Assembly (NCBI RefSeq): GCF_963921235.1
Contig: NC_086118.1
Span: 17,114,001 to 17,178,000 of the forward strand
Direction of reading: 5' to 3'
DNA length: 64,000 nt
From: Mobula hypostoma
Taxonomy: Eukaryota
Shown: positions 27,493 to 40,121 of the stretch, piece by piece
How the letters are laid out: each line of letters begins with the position of its first letter
Numbering within the stretch: position 1 is the first letter of the stretch
The notes under the pieces: model-generated
What the model was told of the DNA's origin: nothing
What the model saw: the letters and a program-made list of their open reading frames with translations, nothing else
Database searches by the model: none
Position numbers and translations under genes: made by a program

Positions 27493-28026
27493 ACTGAAGG
27501 AAGAGTGAGTAAGGGATTTGAAAGTTGGAGGGGGAGGGGGAGATCCAAAATGCTAGGAGAAGACAGGAGGGGGAGGGATAGAGCCGAGAGCTGGACAGGT
27601 GATAGGCAAAAGGGGATACGAGAGGATCATGGGACAGGAGGTCCGGGAAGAAGGACAAGGGGGGGGGTGACCCAGAGGATGGGCAAGAGGTATATTCAGA
27701 GGGACAGAGGGAGAAAAAGGAGAGTGAGAGAAAGAATGTGTGCATAAAAATGAGTAACAGATGACTCATTTTTATGCACACATTCTTTCTCTCACTCTCC
27801 TTTTTCTCCCTCTGTCCCTCTGAATATACCTCTTGCCCATCCTCTGGGTCACCCCCCCCCTTGTCTTTCTTCCCGGACCTCCTGTCCCATGATCCTCTCG
27901 TATCCCCTTTTGCCTATCACCTGTCCAGCTCTCGGCTCTATCCCTCCCCCTCCTGTCTTCTCCTATCATTTTGGATCTCCCCCTCCCCCTCCAACTTTCA
28001 AATCCCTTACTCACTCTTCCTTCAGT

Positions 28027-28064
28027 TAGTCCTGACGAAGGGTCTCGGCCTGAAACGTCGACTG
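28027..28064 (+). ncRNA. Minimal type I hammerhead ribozyme motif (right arm)
   Basis: TAGTC CTGACGA AGGGTCTCGGCCT GAAA CGTC GACTG; predicted cleavage after C28059; palindromic ACGT minimal stem III. Confidence 0.75.
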
Positions 28065-29619
28065 TCCCTCTTCCTAGAGATGCTGCCTGGCCTGCTGCGT
28101 TCACCAGCAACTTTGATGTGTGTAGCTATGATATTATTCTGTGCAGCACTTTAAGATCTTGCATCACGTGTTGGACACCAAAGTGCTCCCTGATATGGTA
28201 CGCCAAGTGTCCACACGTCTGCCTAAGCACCAGCCACTGCACTATATAACTGCACTACACTCACATTTTGAAAGCTGTTTCATCAAAGTCTTTTGCATCA
28301 TTTCCCTCTTCTTAGGCAGTCCCTTAAGACTGAGGATGAATTGCTTCCACTCCAGTTTTATTTGTTCTTAGGTGTTTGAGTCCAATGTGGGAATGGTAAG
28401 TTATCCCACATATGGGATAGGACGTGCCTGACAGGATAGGTGATCAGATAGTTTGAGAAATGGTGTGCTCTAACTGCTGCTTATGGAGCATTGCTAAGTG
28501 CTCCTGACGTATGGACTCAAGTTTCCCAATACTCTCCCAATTGTTCCCCCTGCACTTTAAGCCGTCCCCAAGAGCCTGGAGAGATGCTGACCCAATGCTA
28601 CTTTCTCAGACTTGTACTGATAGCTTTCCTCCTGACCACTTCTACCTGTAGATCAGGCTACTACACAAACTCCAAATCACCTTTGTCATTAGCATTAAGC
28701 ACCTGGTTGCAAGTGCAAAATTGAGTTAAGCCACATCTTCACCATTGCCATCTAATTTCCCACCCTGCACTACCTGACTGGATTCAGTACCCAAAGGCAT
28801 GGTTGTATATCAGAAGGGGTTAAAGGGAGAGCTTCTATGTTTGTGAACCAGGAGAGTGCAAGTTGAAGGGGTGCGTAAATGCCAGGATCTTTCATGATTT
28901 AAGGTCTGCTACTATCCATCAGTTCAGCCACAGATGCCACAATGAAATTGCCACCGCATCCACTCCAGGGCTTAAGAAATGCAGCTGATTTTGTACAGTC
29001 AGATGTGCATGGAAGCAAATATGACACTTCCACTATTTCTCTACATGTGATGGTGTGATAGTCAGGTATGAGTCCTGCTGATATATAGTATGTCAGCAAG
29101 CCATGGGATGGTGCTGAATTGGAGCAATACCCGAGACTGGTTGTGAAATCAGTTGAATTCTTTCAGTACTGCATCCCGGTTCCTTTGGCTTGAATCCTGC
29201 CATTAGCCTCCTAGATTCTTTACTCCCACTAAGCACATCTCTGGAGAACATTTCCCTCTTTCAGCCTCCTCCACAAAGCGATCTAGTGCAGTGTCTGAAA
29301 AAGCTGGAGCTCACATTGCTCTGTATTGCATCATTGCTCACTATCACAGCCGAGCTTCATGTGCAGGAAGGTTGCTGTCGTTGGTTCCAGCCTATGCACC
29401 TTTCCCATAAAGGGAACAGTCTACCCTCAACTAGTGCTACCATTAACACAGTTAGCACTCCATTGAAACATCCAGGAGGCCAGTGACTCCTGCAGGCCAG
29501 ATGAGACAGCCATTATCATCTACAGATGGATAATGCGTGTGACCCCTACATTACTCCATACGTGAAAGGGGTAAAAGTGAAATAGGATGTAATCCTTATT
29601 CAATATTTCCATACTTTCA

Positions 29620-29935
29620 TACAGAGGCCATTCAACCCACTGAGTCCATGCCAAATCAGACAGCAATTTCATTTGTCCACTAATTTTCTTCTGTGGCCTA
29701 TTCTTTCCACATTCCTATCAACTTTCTCCCACATTCTACCACCAATCCATATACTCAGAATAATTTACAGTGACCAACTAACCTGCACATTTTGGGGATG
29801 TGGGGGGAAACTGGAGCACCAGAAGGGAACATGCATAGTCGGAGGAAGACTGTACAAGTTCCACACAGACAGCAACAGAAGTCAGGATTGCACCCGAGTC
29901 ACTGGCACCATGAGGAAGCCACTCTACTGTGCCAT
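29620..29935 (-). repeat. V-SINE/HE1-like SINE
   Basis: GGGGGAAACTGGAGCACCAGAAGGGAAC..GTACAAGTTCCACACAGACAGC core, similar to 5075-5290. Confidence 0.6.
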
Positions 29936-30471
29936 CCAATCTTTACACCTACTTTCAGAAAAATAGGATTTAACCAAACTATTAGGATAGTGGCACAAGG
30001 AGAGAAATTCATCATCTGGGAGCAATAGATTCCACATTCGATGGCACAGTGGGAAGCTTAAACTTATTTCTAGCAGAGGAGTGGTCATGCTTTGAACAAC
30101 TAAAGAAATAAGGCACACTGTGATGTCACAGAAAAGATAAAGAATTAAACAAATAAACTAGATTACATGTGTTTAATCGGCTCTTAGCAGGCACATGAAT
30201 GTGCAGTGAATGCAGGGATATGAAATATGTGTAAACAGAAAGGATTGGAGTAATTAGCTATCATTTGCTGAATTAGTTCAGCACAACAAGGTGGCCTTCC
30301 TGTACTGTACTGTTTTATGCTCCATGACGAGGGACAATACTTGAACAAGTAATGAAGAAAGGCAGAGTAAATCATTATCTTTGCTTGGGTTAATATGAAT
30401 GATTAGAAAAGCAATGGAAGCATTACTAAGGAAGAGGAAAAAAAGAACAACTTGAACAAATCAAACACTAA

Positions 30472-30618
30472 CACAAAAAATACTGGAAGAACTCAGCAAG
30501 TTAGGCAGCATCTATGGAAGCTGTTTTAACTGTTTATTCTCCTCCATAAATGCTGCCTAGCTTGCTGAGTTCCTTCAGCGTCTTGTATGTTGGTCAAGAT
30601 TTCCAGCATTGGTGTTTA
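30472..30618. repeat. Short PLE-derived fold-back with 14-bp TSD
   Basis: GAACTCAGCAAGTTAGGCAGCATCTATGGA pairs with TCCATAAATGCTGCCTAGCTTGCTGAGTTC; TSD AAATCAAACACTAA at 30458-30471 and 30619-30632. Confidence 0.8.
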
Positions 30619-30864
30619 AAATCAAACACTAAAGTTTGATTTTGAAGTGATATAATTTTAAAAATTGCAAAACCTGGGATTAACCATTCTTAGAGCATTG
30701 TGTATAGTTCTAGTAATGTTATTTAAAGGACAGGGAGCACCAGAGAAGATACGAATGAGATGTAAAAGGATAATAATAGAAACACAGGGTATGCGTATCA
30801 GGAAACAGTGAAGGTACCAGGTCACTTTTTGCTTGAAAACAGGGCCGAGGTGTGACCTAACAGA

Positions 30865-31101
30865 ATCATAAACACAAGAAAATCTGCAGATGCTGGAAAT
30901 CCAAGCAACACACACAAAATGCTGGAGGAACTCAGCAGGCCAGACAGCATCTATGGAAAAGAGTACAGTCGATGTTTCGGGCCGACACCTTTCTTCAAAT
31001 CAGTCCTGATGAAGGGTCTCGGCCCAAAACGTCGACTGTTCAGACTTTTCCATAGGTGCTGCCTGGCTTGCTGAATTCCTCCAGCGTTTTGTGTGTGTGT
31101 C
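30865..31101. repeat. PLE-derived fold-back with hammerhead motif, inserted in a CR1 fragment
   Basis: Inverted arms; CAGTC CTGATGA AGGGTCTCGGCCC AAAA CGTC GACTG at 31001-31038 (GAAA changed to AAAA); TSD TGTGACCTAACAGA/TGTGACCTAATAGA (30851-30864, 31102-31115). Confidence 0.85.
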
Positions 31102-31922
31102 TGTGACCTAATAGAGTTTGTCAAGGTGATGATGATGATGACAGTCCAGATACAGAGAGAATGTCTCCACTTTGGAGGAAGAGCATAACTGGTGAAAATC
31201 AATTTGAAATAGTCATCAAAAAATCCAATGCAGAATTCAGAAGAAACTTTAATATCCAAATAGTGGTGAGAATATATAATCCACTACCACATGAAGTGGA
31301 TAAGTGAGAACGGAATGAAAGGCTACTGTAATAAATTCATACAAGGACAGATAGGTGGAGGCTCAAGTGGAGTATAATGACCAGTTTCTGTGTCATTCAT
31401 TCCATATGTTCCTGGTTTTGGGTTCTCAGTTGTCGGCCATCAGAAGAACCAAATTTTCACACAAAAGTTTAATAAAACCAACTACCCATGTTATTCTTCA
31501 TCAGCCCACCCTGTCCTCCTATTTGCAACATATTGTACTCCTTTGGTACTCTTTAACTGGCTCATTAATAATCCACCCTCAATGCCACCCTGGCTCTCAC
31601 CCCGTCATTGAGATGTCCTTTGTCCTATCTATCTCACTTCCTTTCCCTTTCAGATTTTCTTCCTCCCATCCAATGCTGACATAAGATCTTCAACTTCTAA
31701 TGCTCACCATTTTTCATTCCCACCCATTAATAGTGTCTCACTGCAGAGTATTTCCAGCATTTTCTTTTATTACTGGGATGGCTGCCGACTATTTTAGTAA
31801 ACAAGATGTGGCAGCAGAAAGCTTAGCTTCCAAATGAGGGCATCAAAATGAAAGGGGTTCAGAGTTAGACATGGAATTGAGGTACAGCCAAGAAAAGAAG
31901 ATTGCAAGTGGCAGTTGGATAG

Positions 31923-34900
31923 TGTTGTAACGTGAACATTATTAAAAGTAAGTTAATACCAATTAGGATAATGGGTGGGGGTTTTACTTCCGGTGGGCTA
32001 TGTATATATTGTTCCCACCATGCCATACGGGTTGTGAAAGCCTCTGTATATACATATCGGTTTTGACGTTCAAGATAAAGTTGTTTCTTTGGACATGAAG
32101 TTGTCGAGTGTGCCTTTTTCAAAGTAGAAGTTACTACATATTTTTGGCGACGAGGTGAACTGGTTTTGTGAACGTATCGGCGTGTTTTTCGAACTGGAGC
32201 TTCACGTTTTAGATGGCGACGTTTGGAGCTATCAGTGAATTTCTGGAAGGAAACGAGGACTGGCTGGAGTATGAGGAAAGGTTGGGACACTTTTTTTGTG
32301 CTAGTGGAATTACTGAGGAAGCTAAGAAGCGCTCTATTCTCCTGAGTGTGTGTGGGGCAAAGACTTGAAAGTTAATAAGGAATTTAGCCACACCACGGAA
32401 ACCGGGGGACATTCCAAATGACAAATTGGTCAAGCTCATGGGGAACCACTGCAATCCGAAACCTTCTGTGATGGTCCAACGGTGTAAGTTTCACAGCTGT
32501 TTCAGAAAGCCAGGTCAGTCTGTGGCCAATTTTGGCAGCTGTCGGAGCATTGTGATTTCGGAGTGGTGTTGGAAGACATGCTCCGTGATCGATTGGTATG
32601 CAACATTAATAATGACGACATACAACACCACCTGTTAGGGGAAACCCCACCACTGACTTTCAAGAAAGCCTGAGAGATTGCCTAAGGCATGGAGATGGCT
32701 GCTAATAATGTCAAGGATATCCAGAAAGGACATGGGGGGAGTCGCAGTCGGCGGCAGTGCACCAAGTCAGGAGGGAGACTGGTAAACAGGCAAAGCGGGT
32801 GGAATGTTTCCGGTGTGGAGGGACGCACTATGCAAATAATTGCAAATTCAAAGACACTGTCTGCCATGCTTGTAGCAAAAAGGGACATTTAGCTAAAAAG
32901 TGCAGGAGTTCAAAGGGCAAGATTAAGCCTGGGCAGGGGAAAGCTCAACAGGTTCAGGCAGCCACACACCGTCTAGAAGATGCAGATGAAGAGGCAGAGT
33001 GTTTGGAGTGGAGATAGGTGAGGAACCACCTGAACCATATTATGCCACAGTCACTGTCGGGGAAAGGACATTAAGTTTGAGATTGCAGTAGCCCCTGAAT
33101 CATCGGTCATTAGTGAGGAGTCCTACAGGAGGACATGGGGGTCCAACCTGTCTCCCATTACACTGTCAAAGCTCAAACTCAGCACCTATATGGGGCAGCC
33201 CATACCTCATTTAGGGATGTTATATGCGGACATTTCAGCCGGGAGTCAGAAGGCTGAAGCCAGGCTAGTGATAGCTAAGGGCAGGGGGCCCAATCTTTTG
33301 GGTCGCGATTGGCTTCGCAAAATCTGGCTAAACTGGCATGAAATTAACTATGCACACACGACAGACAACATTCTGCAGCGGTACAGTGACACTTTCAGGG
33401 ACGAGCTGGGAACACTGAAGGGCGTGATAGTGAAACTCCATGTCGACCCTGAGGCTACACCATGTTTTTTTAAGCCCAGGTCAGTGCCCTATGCCATGAA
33501 AGGCAAAGTTGAGGAGGAGCTGGAACGTTTACAGAGGCTGGGCATTATTGAGCCCGTTCAGTCTTCAAGGTGGGCGGCTCCCATTGTTCCAGTTTTGAAG
33601 GCAGACAAAACGGTGAGGATATGTGGGATTATAAGCTTACGGTGAATCAGGTCTCTAGGCTGGAGGAGTACCCATTGCCACGGGTGGATGACCTGTTTAC
33701 GACCCTGTCGGGGGTAAGCTGTTGACAAAGCTGGACATGAGCCACGCATATCAACAGCTGCTGCTCGACAAGGGTTCAAAGGAGTACGTCACAATTAGTA
33801 CACACAAGGGATTATTCAAGTACAATTGCCTGGTGCTTAGAGTGGCGTCCAGCCCTGCCATATTCCAAAGGAAAATGGATACTTTGCTGCAGGGGATTCC
33901 GCACGTAGCAGTGTACCTTGATGATATTTTGATCACGGAGGCTATAGAGGTGGAGCATCTGGCTAATTTAGAATGAGTGCTGAAGAGGCTGTCAGACGCA
34001 GGGCTGTGGTTGAAACGCAGAAAATGTGTGTTCCTGACATCGAGTGTGACTTACCTGGGATACAAGATCACAGCTGAGGGGCTTCACCCTGTGGAGGACA
34101 AAGTGAGAGCTATTAAGGAGGCCCCAAGCCCTAGACCATCACGGAACTCAGATCATTTTTGGGCATGCTGAATTATTATGGCAAGCTTCTTCCTGACCTG
34201 TCAAGGGTTTTGACCCTACTGTATAAGCTGCTTCACAATGACACTAAGTGGCAGTGGGGTGAAGAGCAGGAGAAAGCTTTCAAGGAAGTGAAAGAACTCC
34301 TCCACTCAGCGAAGTTGCTTGTTCACTATGACCCAGACAAGGAGATCACCCTTGCATGTGATGCCTCGCCCTATGGAGTCAGGGCAGTTCTCTCACATGT
34401 AACGGAGGACTGTTCAGAGAAGCCAATTGGTTATGCTTCACGTACCCTGACAGCTGCTGAGAAGGGATATTCACAGTTGCACAAAAAAGGTCTGGCCATT
34501 GTTTTTGTGGTCAAACGCTTTCATCAGTACCTTTATGGACGCGTATTTACAATTTATATGGACCATAAACCACTGATGAGCCTGTTCAGTGAGACTAGGT
34601 GCATCCCACCGCTAGCCTCACCCAGGATACAGCGTTGGGCTCTTACATTGTCAGCTTACCAGTACACTATAGTGTACAGAGCAAGTGGGGATAATGCAAA
34701 CGTTGACGCACTGAGTCAGCTACCTTTACCTGAGACACCTGTTGGTACACATGTGCCTCCAGAGACTGTGTTTTCATTGGAGAGGCTGTCAGAGACACCT
34801 GTAAAGGCGACCCAGATCAGGCAGTGGTCAGAGAGGGACCCAGTCCTGCCCCAAGTCAAGACTTTTCTTTTACAAGGTTGGCCCAGAGTCGTGGAAAGAG

Positions 34901-36591
34901 AGGAACCTGAGGCCTTATGCCAAACACAAGACAGAACTCAGTCAGCAGGATGGCTGCATTTTCTGGGGGGCGAGGGTCATCGTGCCTCCCCCTGGCCGTC
35001 CACAGATTGTAGAGGAAATTCATGAGACTCACCCAGGAGTGTCTCGAATCAAAAGCCTTGCAAGATCCTACATTTGGTGGCCAAGAATGGATCAGGATCT
35101 GGAGAACAAGGTAAAATCATGCACGCAATGTCAGACTAATCAGAATATGCCACCACCAGCTCCTTTGCACCCATGGGAGTGGCCAGACCACCCTTGGTCT
35201 AGGCTACATTTGAACTTTGCTGGCCCTTTTATGGGGCAGCTGTTTCTTGTAATGGTAGATGTGCATTCTAAGTGGATCGAAGCTCACATCATGAGCAACA
35301 TCACAGCCCCCTCAACCATAGACAAACTCAGGCAAGTGTTTGCAGTCCATGGGTTGCCTGATGCTCTGGTCACAGATAGTGGCCCGATGTTCACCGGTGA
35401 GCTGTTCAGTGAGTTCATGCAGCAGAATGGCATTCATCACATTCGGACGGCCCCTTTCCACCCAGCCTCCAATGGTTTGGCTGAGCGGGCTGTTCAGACA
35501 GTGAAGGACGGCCTGAAGCGGATGACAGGGGACTCTCTTAGCGCGCGGCTTTCACGTTTCCTGTTTAAATACTGTCTCACGCCACAAACTAGACTGCCCG
35601 CACTCCAGCAGAGATGCTGATGGGGCGTAGGCCCAAGTCAAGATTGGACCTGCTGCTCCCAGACATGAAGACGAAAGTGGAGAGAAAGCAGGAAAAGCAG
35701 AAGGAGGGACATGATCAACATGCGCGAAAGAGACATTTAAAACCGGATTATAATGTCTTTGTGAGAAACAATCAGCAATGGCTGCCTGGGGTTATTCTTA
35801 AGCAGAGTGGCCCCGTCTCCTATGTTGTTAAGCTGACTGATGGACGTATTTTCCGCAAACATCAGGACCATGTGCGCCTGCGTCATGATACCGGCTCAGA
35901 GGCAGACAGTTCCATGGAGTTTCCATTTGTGAGACAGACTACTGTGGAAGCATGTCCACCAGTGACTTTGCCAGAGAGCGAGATGCTGGCAGAGGGGTCA
36001 GGATCCCCTGAAGAGGATGGACATTCTCACGCAGACACACAGACCCCTCTCATGCCCCCAACACCAGACCCACCCAAATCACCCTCACCAGCGGTGCCTG
36101 CTGGGTCACCGGGGGTAGTGCGCAGATCACAGCACACTCCTAAACCTCCTGACAGACGGAATCTTTGACGGGGCAGTTCTTTTTTTGTTATTGTTAGATT
36201 GAATGTTGAATCTGTCATGTTTTCCAGATGTTTTGTATTGATAAACTGTTGCTGAGATACTAGTACAAGTTTTCAGGGGTACGCAAGTTAATAATACCAC
36301 TGTTTTTATTTCTTAGTTTTTTTACATGTGGAGATGTTAGATTTTAAAGTGGGAGAAGTGTTGCAATGTGAGCATTATTAAAAGTAAGTTAATACTAATC
36401 AGGATAATGGGTGGGGGGGTTTTACTTCCATTCATTTTATTTCCGGTGGGCTTTGTATATAGTGTTCCCGTCATGCTGTATGAGTTGTGAAAGCCTCTGT
36501 ATATACATATCGGTTTTGACGTTCGAGATAAAGTTGTTTCTTTGGACATGAAGTTGTTGAGTGTGCCTTTTTCAAAGTAGAAGTTACTACA
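31923..36591 (+). mobile_element. Near full-length Ty3/Gypsy LTR retrotransposon (Mag-like), pseudogenised gag-pol
   Basis: LTRs 31923-32138 and 36359-36591 (TG...CA); 5-bp TSD GATAG/GACAG; gag from ATG 32213 with two CCHC knuckles; protease (LLGRDWL), RT (YLDD 33914-33925), RNase H (LACDASPYG), integrase (H..H..C..C, SNGLAERAV); PPT AAAGTGGGAGAAG. Confidence 0.95.
32145..32155 (+). promoter_or_regulatory. Primer-binding site, complementary to the 3' end of tRNA-Ser(GCT)
   Basis: TGGCGACGAGG just after the 5' LTR; complements ...CCTCGTCGCCA. Confidence 0.7.
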
Positions 36592-37585
36592 GACAGGGTG
36601 CACATTCATTGGTGAAGTCAGATGCATGAAAAAAGGAATCAAATCTCACTGCTTTGAGAGGAGAGAAAACCAGAAAGCATTAGCAAGGGGCAGATTTATT
36701 GACCAGTACTGCTGTACATGACACCAGAAATGAGAAGTGGAGTTTTGGACATGATACAGCTTATGAACAGTGATGCTCTTAAAGTCTCTAAGGACAACTC
36801 TAGAGAATATGAAACTTTTAATGCAATTAATTGTGAAGGTCATGATATTGTGCTATATTAGACCATTCCAATTTAATCTTTGCTGATAATGACCAGTTCT
36901 CTGAATTCACATCATTAACTGTGATTACACAGATCCAGCACGTATGGTGTCTAGTTCTGAGGCAGTCCTCTTATTATTCCAATAACAAACTATTGCAGAT
37001 GCTGGAGATGTAAAATATAAACAGAAAATTCTGACAGAGACGCATCAATTTATATACCAGTGTGAATGAAACAGAGGCAACATTTCAAGTTACTCAGTTT
37101 CTGGTCAAAAATACAGATTCCAAGATGGAGAAAACTGGGGAAGCATGTGGGATGATAAAGGATAGCTCTGTATTAACATGGAAGACAGAAGAAAATAAAT
37201 ATCAAACGAGGTGCTTGTGAAAAGAAGCACAAATCTATTGGAGATGAAAAGCAGAACAATTCTCTCGAATTACCAGAGAAATTCAGGAGGAATGTTGGAA
37301 CACAGAAACAGAACTGTTGAAATTGCTTGCCAGCCATTCATCAGAGACTTTAACTGGAGGCTTTTTGGAAATCTGGATAACCTACAAAACAATTGTGCAC
37401 TCTTCAGTTCAAGAGAAAAATAAAACATTTGATCAACTGGCCTAGCAAAACCCCCTCTGAAGCAGTATTTACTCTAATCTATCAGAACATTATTAAGCAA
37501 TATTTAGGCTGGAAAGGCATATTATCTTGGTGTAGGATGGGCATTAAATTACTTTATTGCCCTTGCAATTGACAAATCCATATCA

Positions 37586-40121
37586 GGGGTGTGTAAAAAG
37601 AGCTACCTTTTAATCAAGACGGTGATAAAGATTTTAAAGGAGAGTTTTGCGGCACTTTCTCTGACTCGAGGAGTGACCAACCAGCAAGAGGCAGTGCTCA
37701 AAGAGAACTAACTTTCAGTCAGGTCCACTTTCAAGACCTAAAAAGCTTCACACCAGTTTTCTCTGAGTTGGACATTCCACGTGAGGGGTGCGTAAAAAGA
37801 GTTACCTTTTAATCAGGACAATGTTCAAGATTTTAAAGGCATAATTTTGCGGCTGTTTCTCAGAGTTGAGGAGGAACCAATCAGCAAGACTGATCCATTA
37901 GAAAGGGGCAATAAAAATAATTCAAGTGCAAGTGGAACAGCCAATCTTATGGAATGTGGCAGTGTTTAGAGTGGCTCTGGCAAGATCCTCTGGTGAGTAA
38001 ATTGCCTTGCAAGTTACTCTCCCTCTGTTCATCTTTGTTCATTCCTCATCTATTAGTGCATAGTTTAGTGAGAATGGCTCCAGGGGCAGTATTTTGTACT
38101 CTGTGTGGGATGTGGGAAGTTAGAAGACCTCCACTGTCCAAGGTAAAGGCATCTGCACCAATTGCAGCTCTTGAGAGAACATATTAAGGAACAAGAGATG
38201 CAGCTCGATGACCTTTGACTCATGAGGAAGTGATAGACAGGAGCTATAGCAAGGTAGATACTCCTAGGTTGCAGGAGACAGGTAACTGTCAGGAGGAGGA
38301 GGAAAAATACGCAGCCAGTACAGAGTACACCTTTGGCTGTTCCTCCAAATAGTAAGTACACAGCTTTAGATACTGTGGAGGGGAACGACCTACTGGGGGA
38401 AGCCATAGTGACTGGGTCTCTGGCACTGAGTTGGTGCTATGACTCAGAAGAGCAGAGAGGTAAAGAGGAGTGCAGGGCTGATCAGAGATTCTTTGGTCAG
38501 AGAAAAGGAAACGAAGTTCTGTGAACACGATAGACACCTGGATTGTATGTTGCCTTCCTGGTGCCAGGATCAGGGATGTTTCAGATCAGGCCCACGGCAT
38601 TCTCAAGAGCAAGGGTGAGCAGCCAAAAGTCCTGGTACATATTGGAACCAATGGTATAGGTAGACAAGGTGAGGATGTCTTGAACAGAGATTTTAGGGAG
38701 ATTGGTAAAGAGCTGAGAAACAGGACCTCCAGTAATCTCTGGATTGCTGATTGTGCCACGTGCCAGTGAGGGTAAGTACAGGATGATCTGGCAGGTGAAT
38801 GTGTGGCTGAGGAACTGGTGCAGGGAGCAAGGGTTCAGATTTATGGATCATTGGAATCTCGTCTGGGAAAGATATGACATGTACAAAGGGATGGGTTACA
38901 AATGAACCTGAGAGGGGACCAATATCTTTATGGGCCAGTTGTCTAGAATTGTTCGGGTGGGTTTAAACTAATTTGGCAGGGAGATAGGAATCAGAGTGAT
39001 AGAGCTGAAGGTGATGTCGTTGGTTTAAAAACAGAGGCAAGGAGAAGCTAATGATAGACCAAAATTGCAGTCAACAGGATGAGTTCAACATAAAAGGCAG
39101 ACAAAATTGAAAAGGGTGAATACAGGACTGAAGGTATTATATATCTGAATGTGCACAGTATACAGAATAAGGTAGGTAAACTAGTAACACAGTTGCAGAT
39201 TGGCACGTACGATGTTGTAAAAATCAGTGAATCATGGGTGAAAGATTATTATAGCTGGGAGCTTAATGTCCAAAGATACACAATGTATTGAAAGAACAGG
39301 CATGAAGGCAGAGAGGGTGGTATTGTTCTGTTGGTAAAAAATGAAATCAAATCATTGGAAAGAGGTGACAAAGGGTCAGAAGGTGTTGAATCATTGTGGA
39401 TAGAGCTAATGAACTGCAAGGGTGAAAAGACCTTGATGGGAGTTGTATACAGACCCCCAAAGAGTAGTAAGGATGTGGTCTACAAATTACAAGGGGAGAT
39501 AGAAAATTCATGCTAAAAGGGCAATGTTACACTTCTTGTCATGGGGGATATGCAGCTAGATCGGGAAAATCATGTTAGTGCTGGATTCCAAGAGGGGGAA
39601 TTTCTAGAATGCCAACAAGATGGCTTTTTAGAACAGTTCCTGGTTGAGCCCACTAGGGGATCAGCTATTCTGGACTGGGTATTGTGCAATGAAACAGAAT
39701 TGATTGGAGAGCTTAATGTCAAAGAACCCTTTGGAGAAAGTGAACATAATATGATCGAATGCACCCTGAAATTTGTGAAGCTAAAATCAGATGTCTCAGT
39801 ATTAGTGTGGAGAAAAGAGAATTACAGAGACATGAGAGAGGAGCTGACCAGAACTTATTGGAAAAGAACACTGGCAGGGATGAAGGCAGAGGATATACAT
39901 CCCAAAGTATTCTAAAAGCAAAATGACATAACAGTGCTAACAAGAGAAGCCAAAGCCAACATAAATGCCAAAGAGAGAGAGCATATAATAGAGCAAAAAT
40001 TAGTGGGAAGTTAGAGGATTGGAAAGCATTTAAATACTGACAGAAGGCAACTAAAAAAAGTAATTAAGAAAGTAAAGATGGAATACAAAAGTAAACTAGC
40101 CAACAATATTAAAGAGGATAC
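37586..40121 (+). mobile_element. CR1-type LINE 5' half: 5' region with tandem repeat, ORF1 (Zn-finger + SGNH esterase-like), ORF2 APE
   Basis: MAPGAVFCTLCGMWEV near 38074; VCCLPGARIRDV..VHIGTN; APE motifs GVVYRPP, PTRGSAILDWVLCN, SEHN; cut by a Gypsy LTR at 40122. Confidence 0.85.

Larger units (their letters stand above)
27356..28123. mobile_element. Young PLE-derived fold-back insertion: 360-bp inverted arms, 8-nt loop, 14-bp TSD
   Basis: Arms 27396-27755 and 27764-28123 are reverse complements with about 6 mismatches; TSD AGCTATGATATTAT at 27342-27355 and 28124-28137; arm resembles the 3' UTR at 26700-27050. Confidence 0.92.

Noticed and set aside
27356..28123. Assembly or chimeric-read artefact explanation of the palindrome
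   Set aside because: The arms differ at several positions and the unit is flanked by a 14-bp TSD, as expected for a real insertion.
27330..28249. Mirror-image ORFs of 72-133 aa on both strands
   Set aside because: By-products of the low-complexity purine/pyrimidine palindrome; no recognisable protein domain.
32213..36168. Active retrotransposon or endogenous retrovirus
   Set aside because: Multiple stops and frameshifts in gag and pol, and no env ORF.
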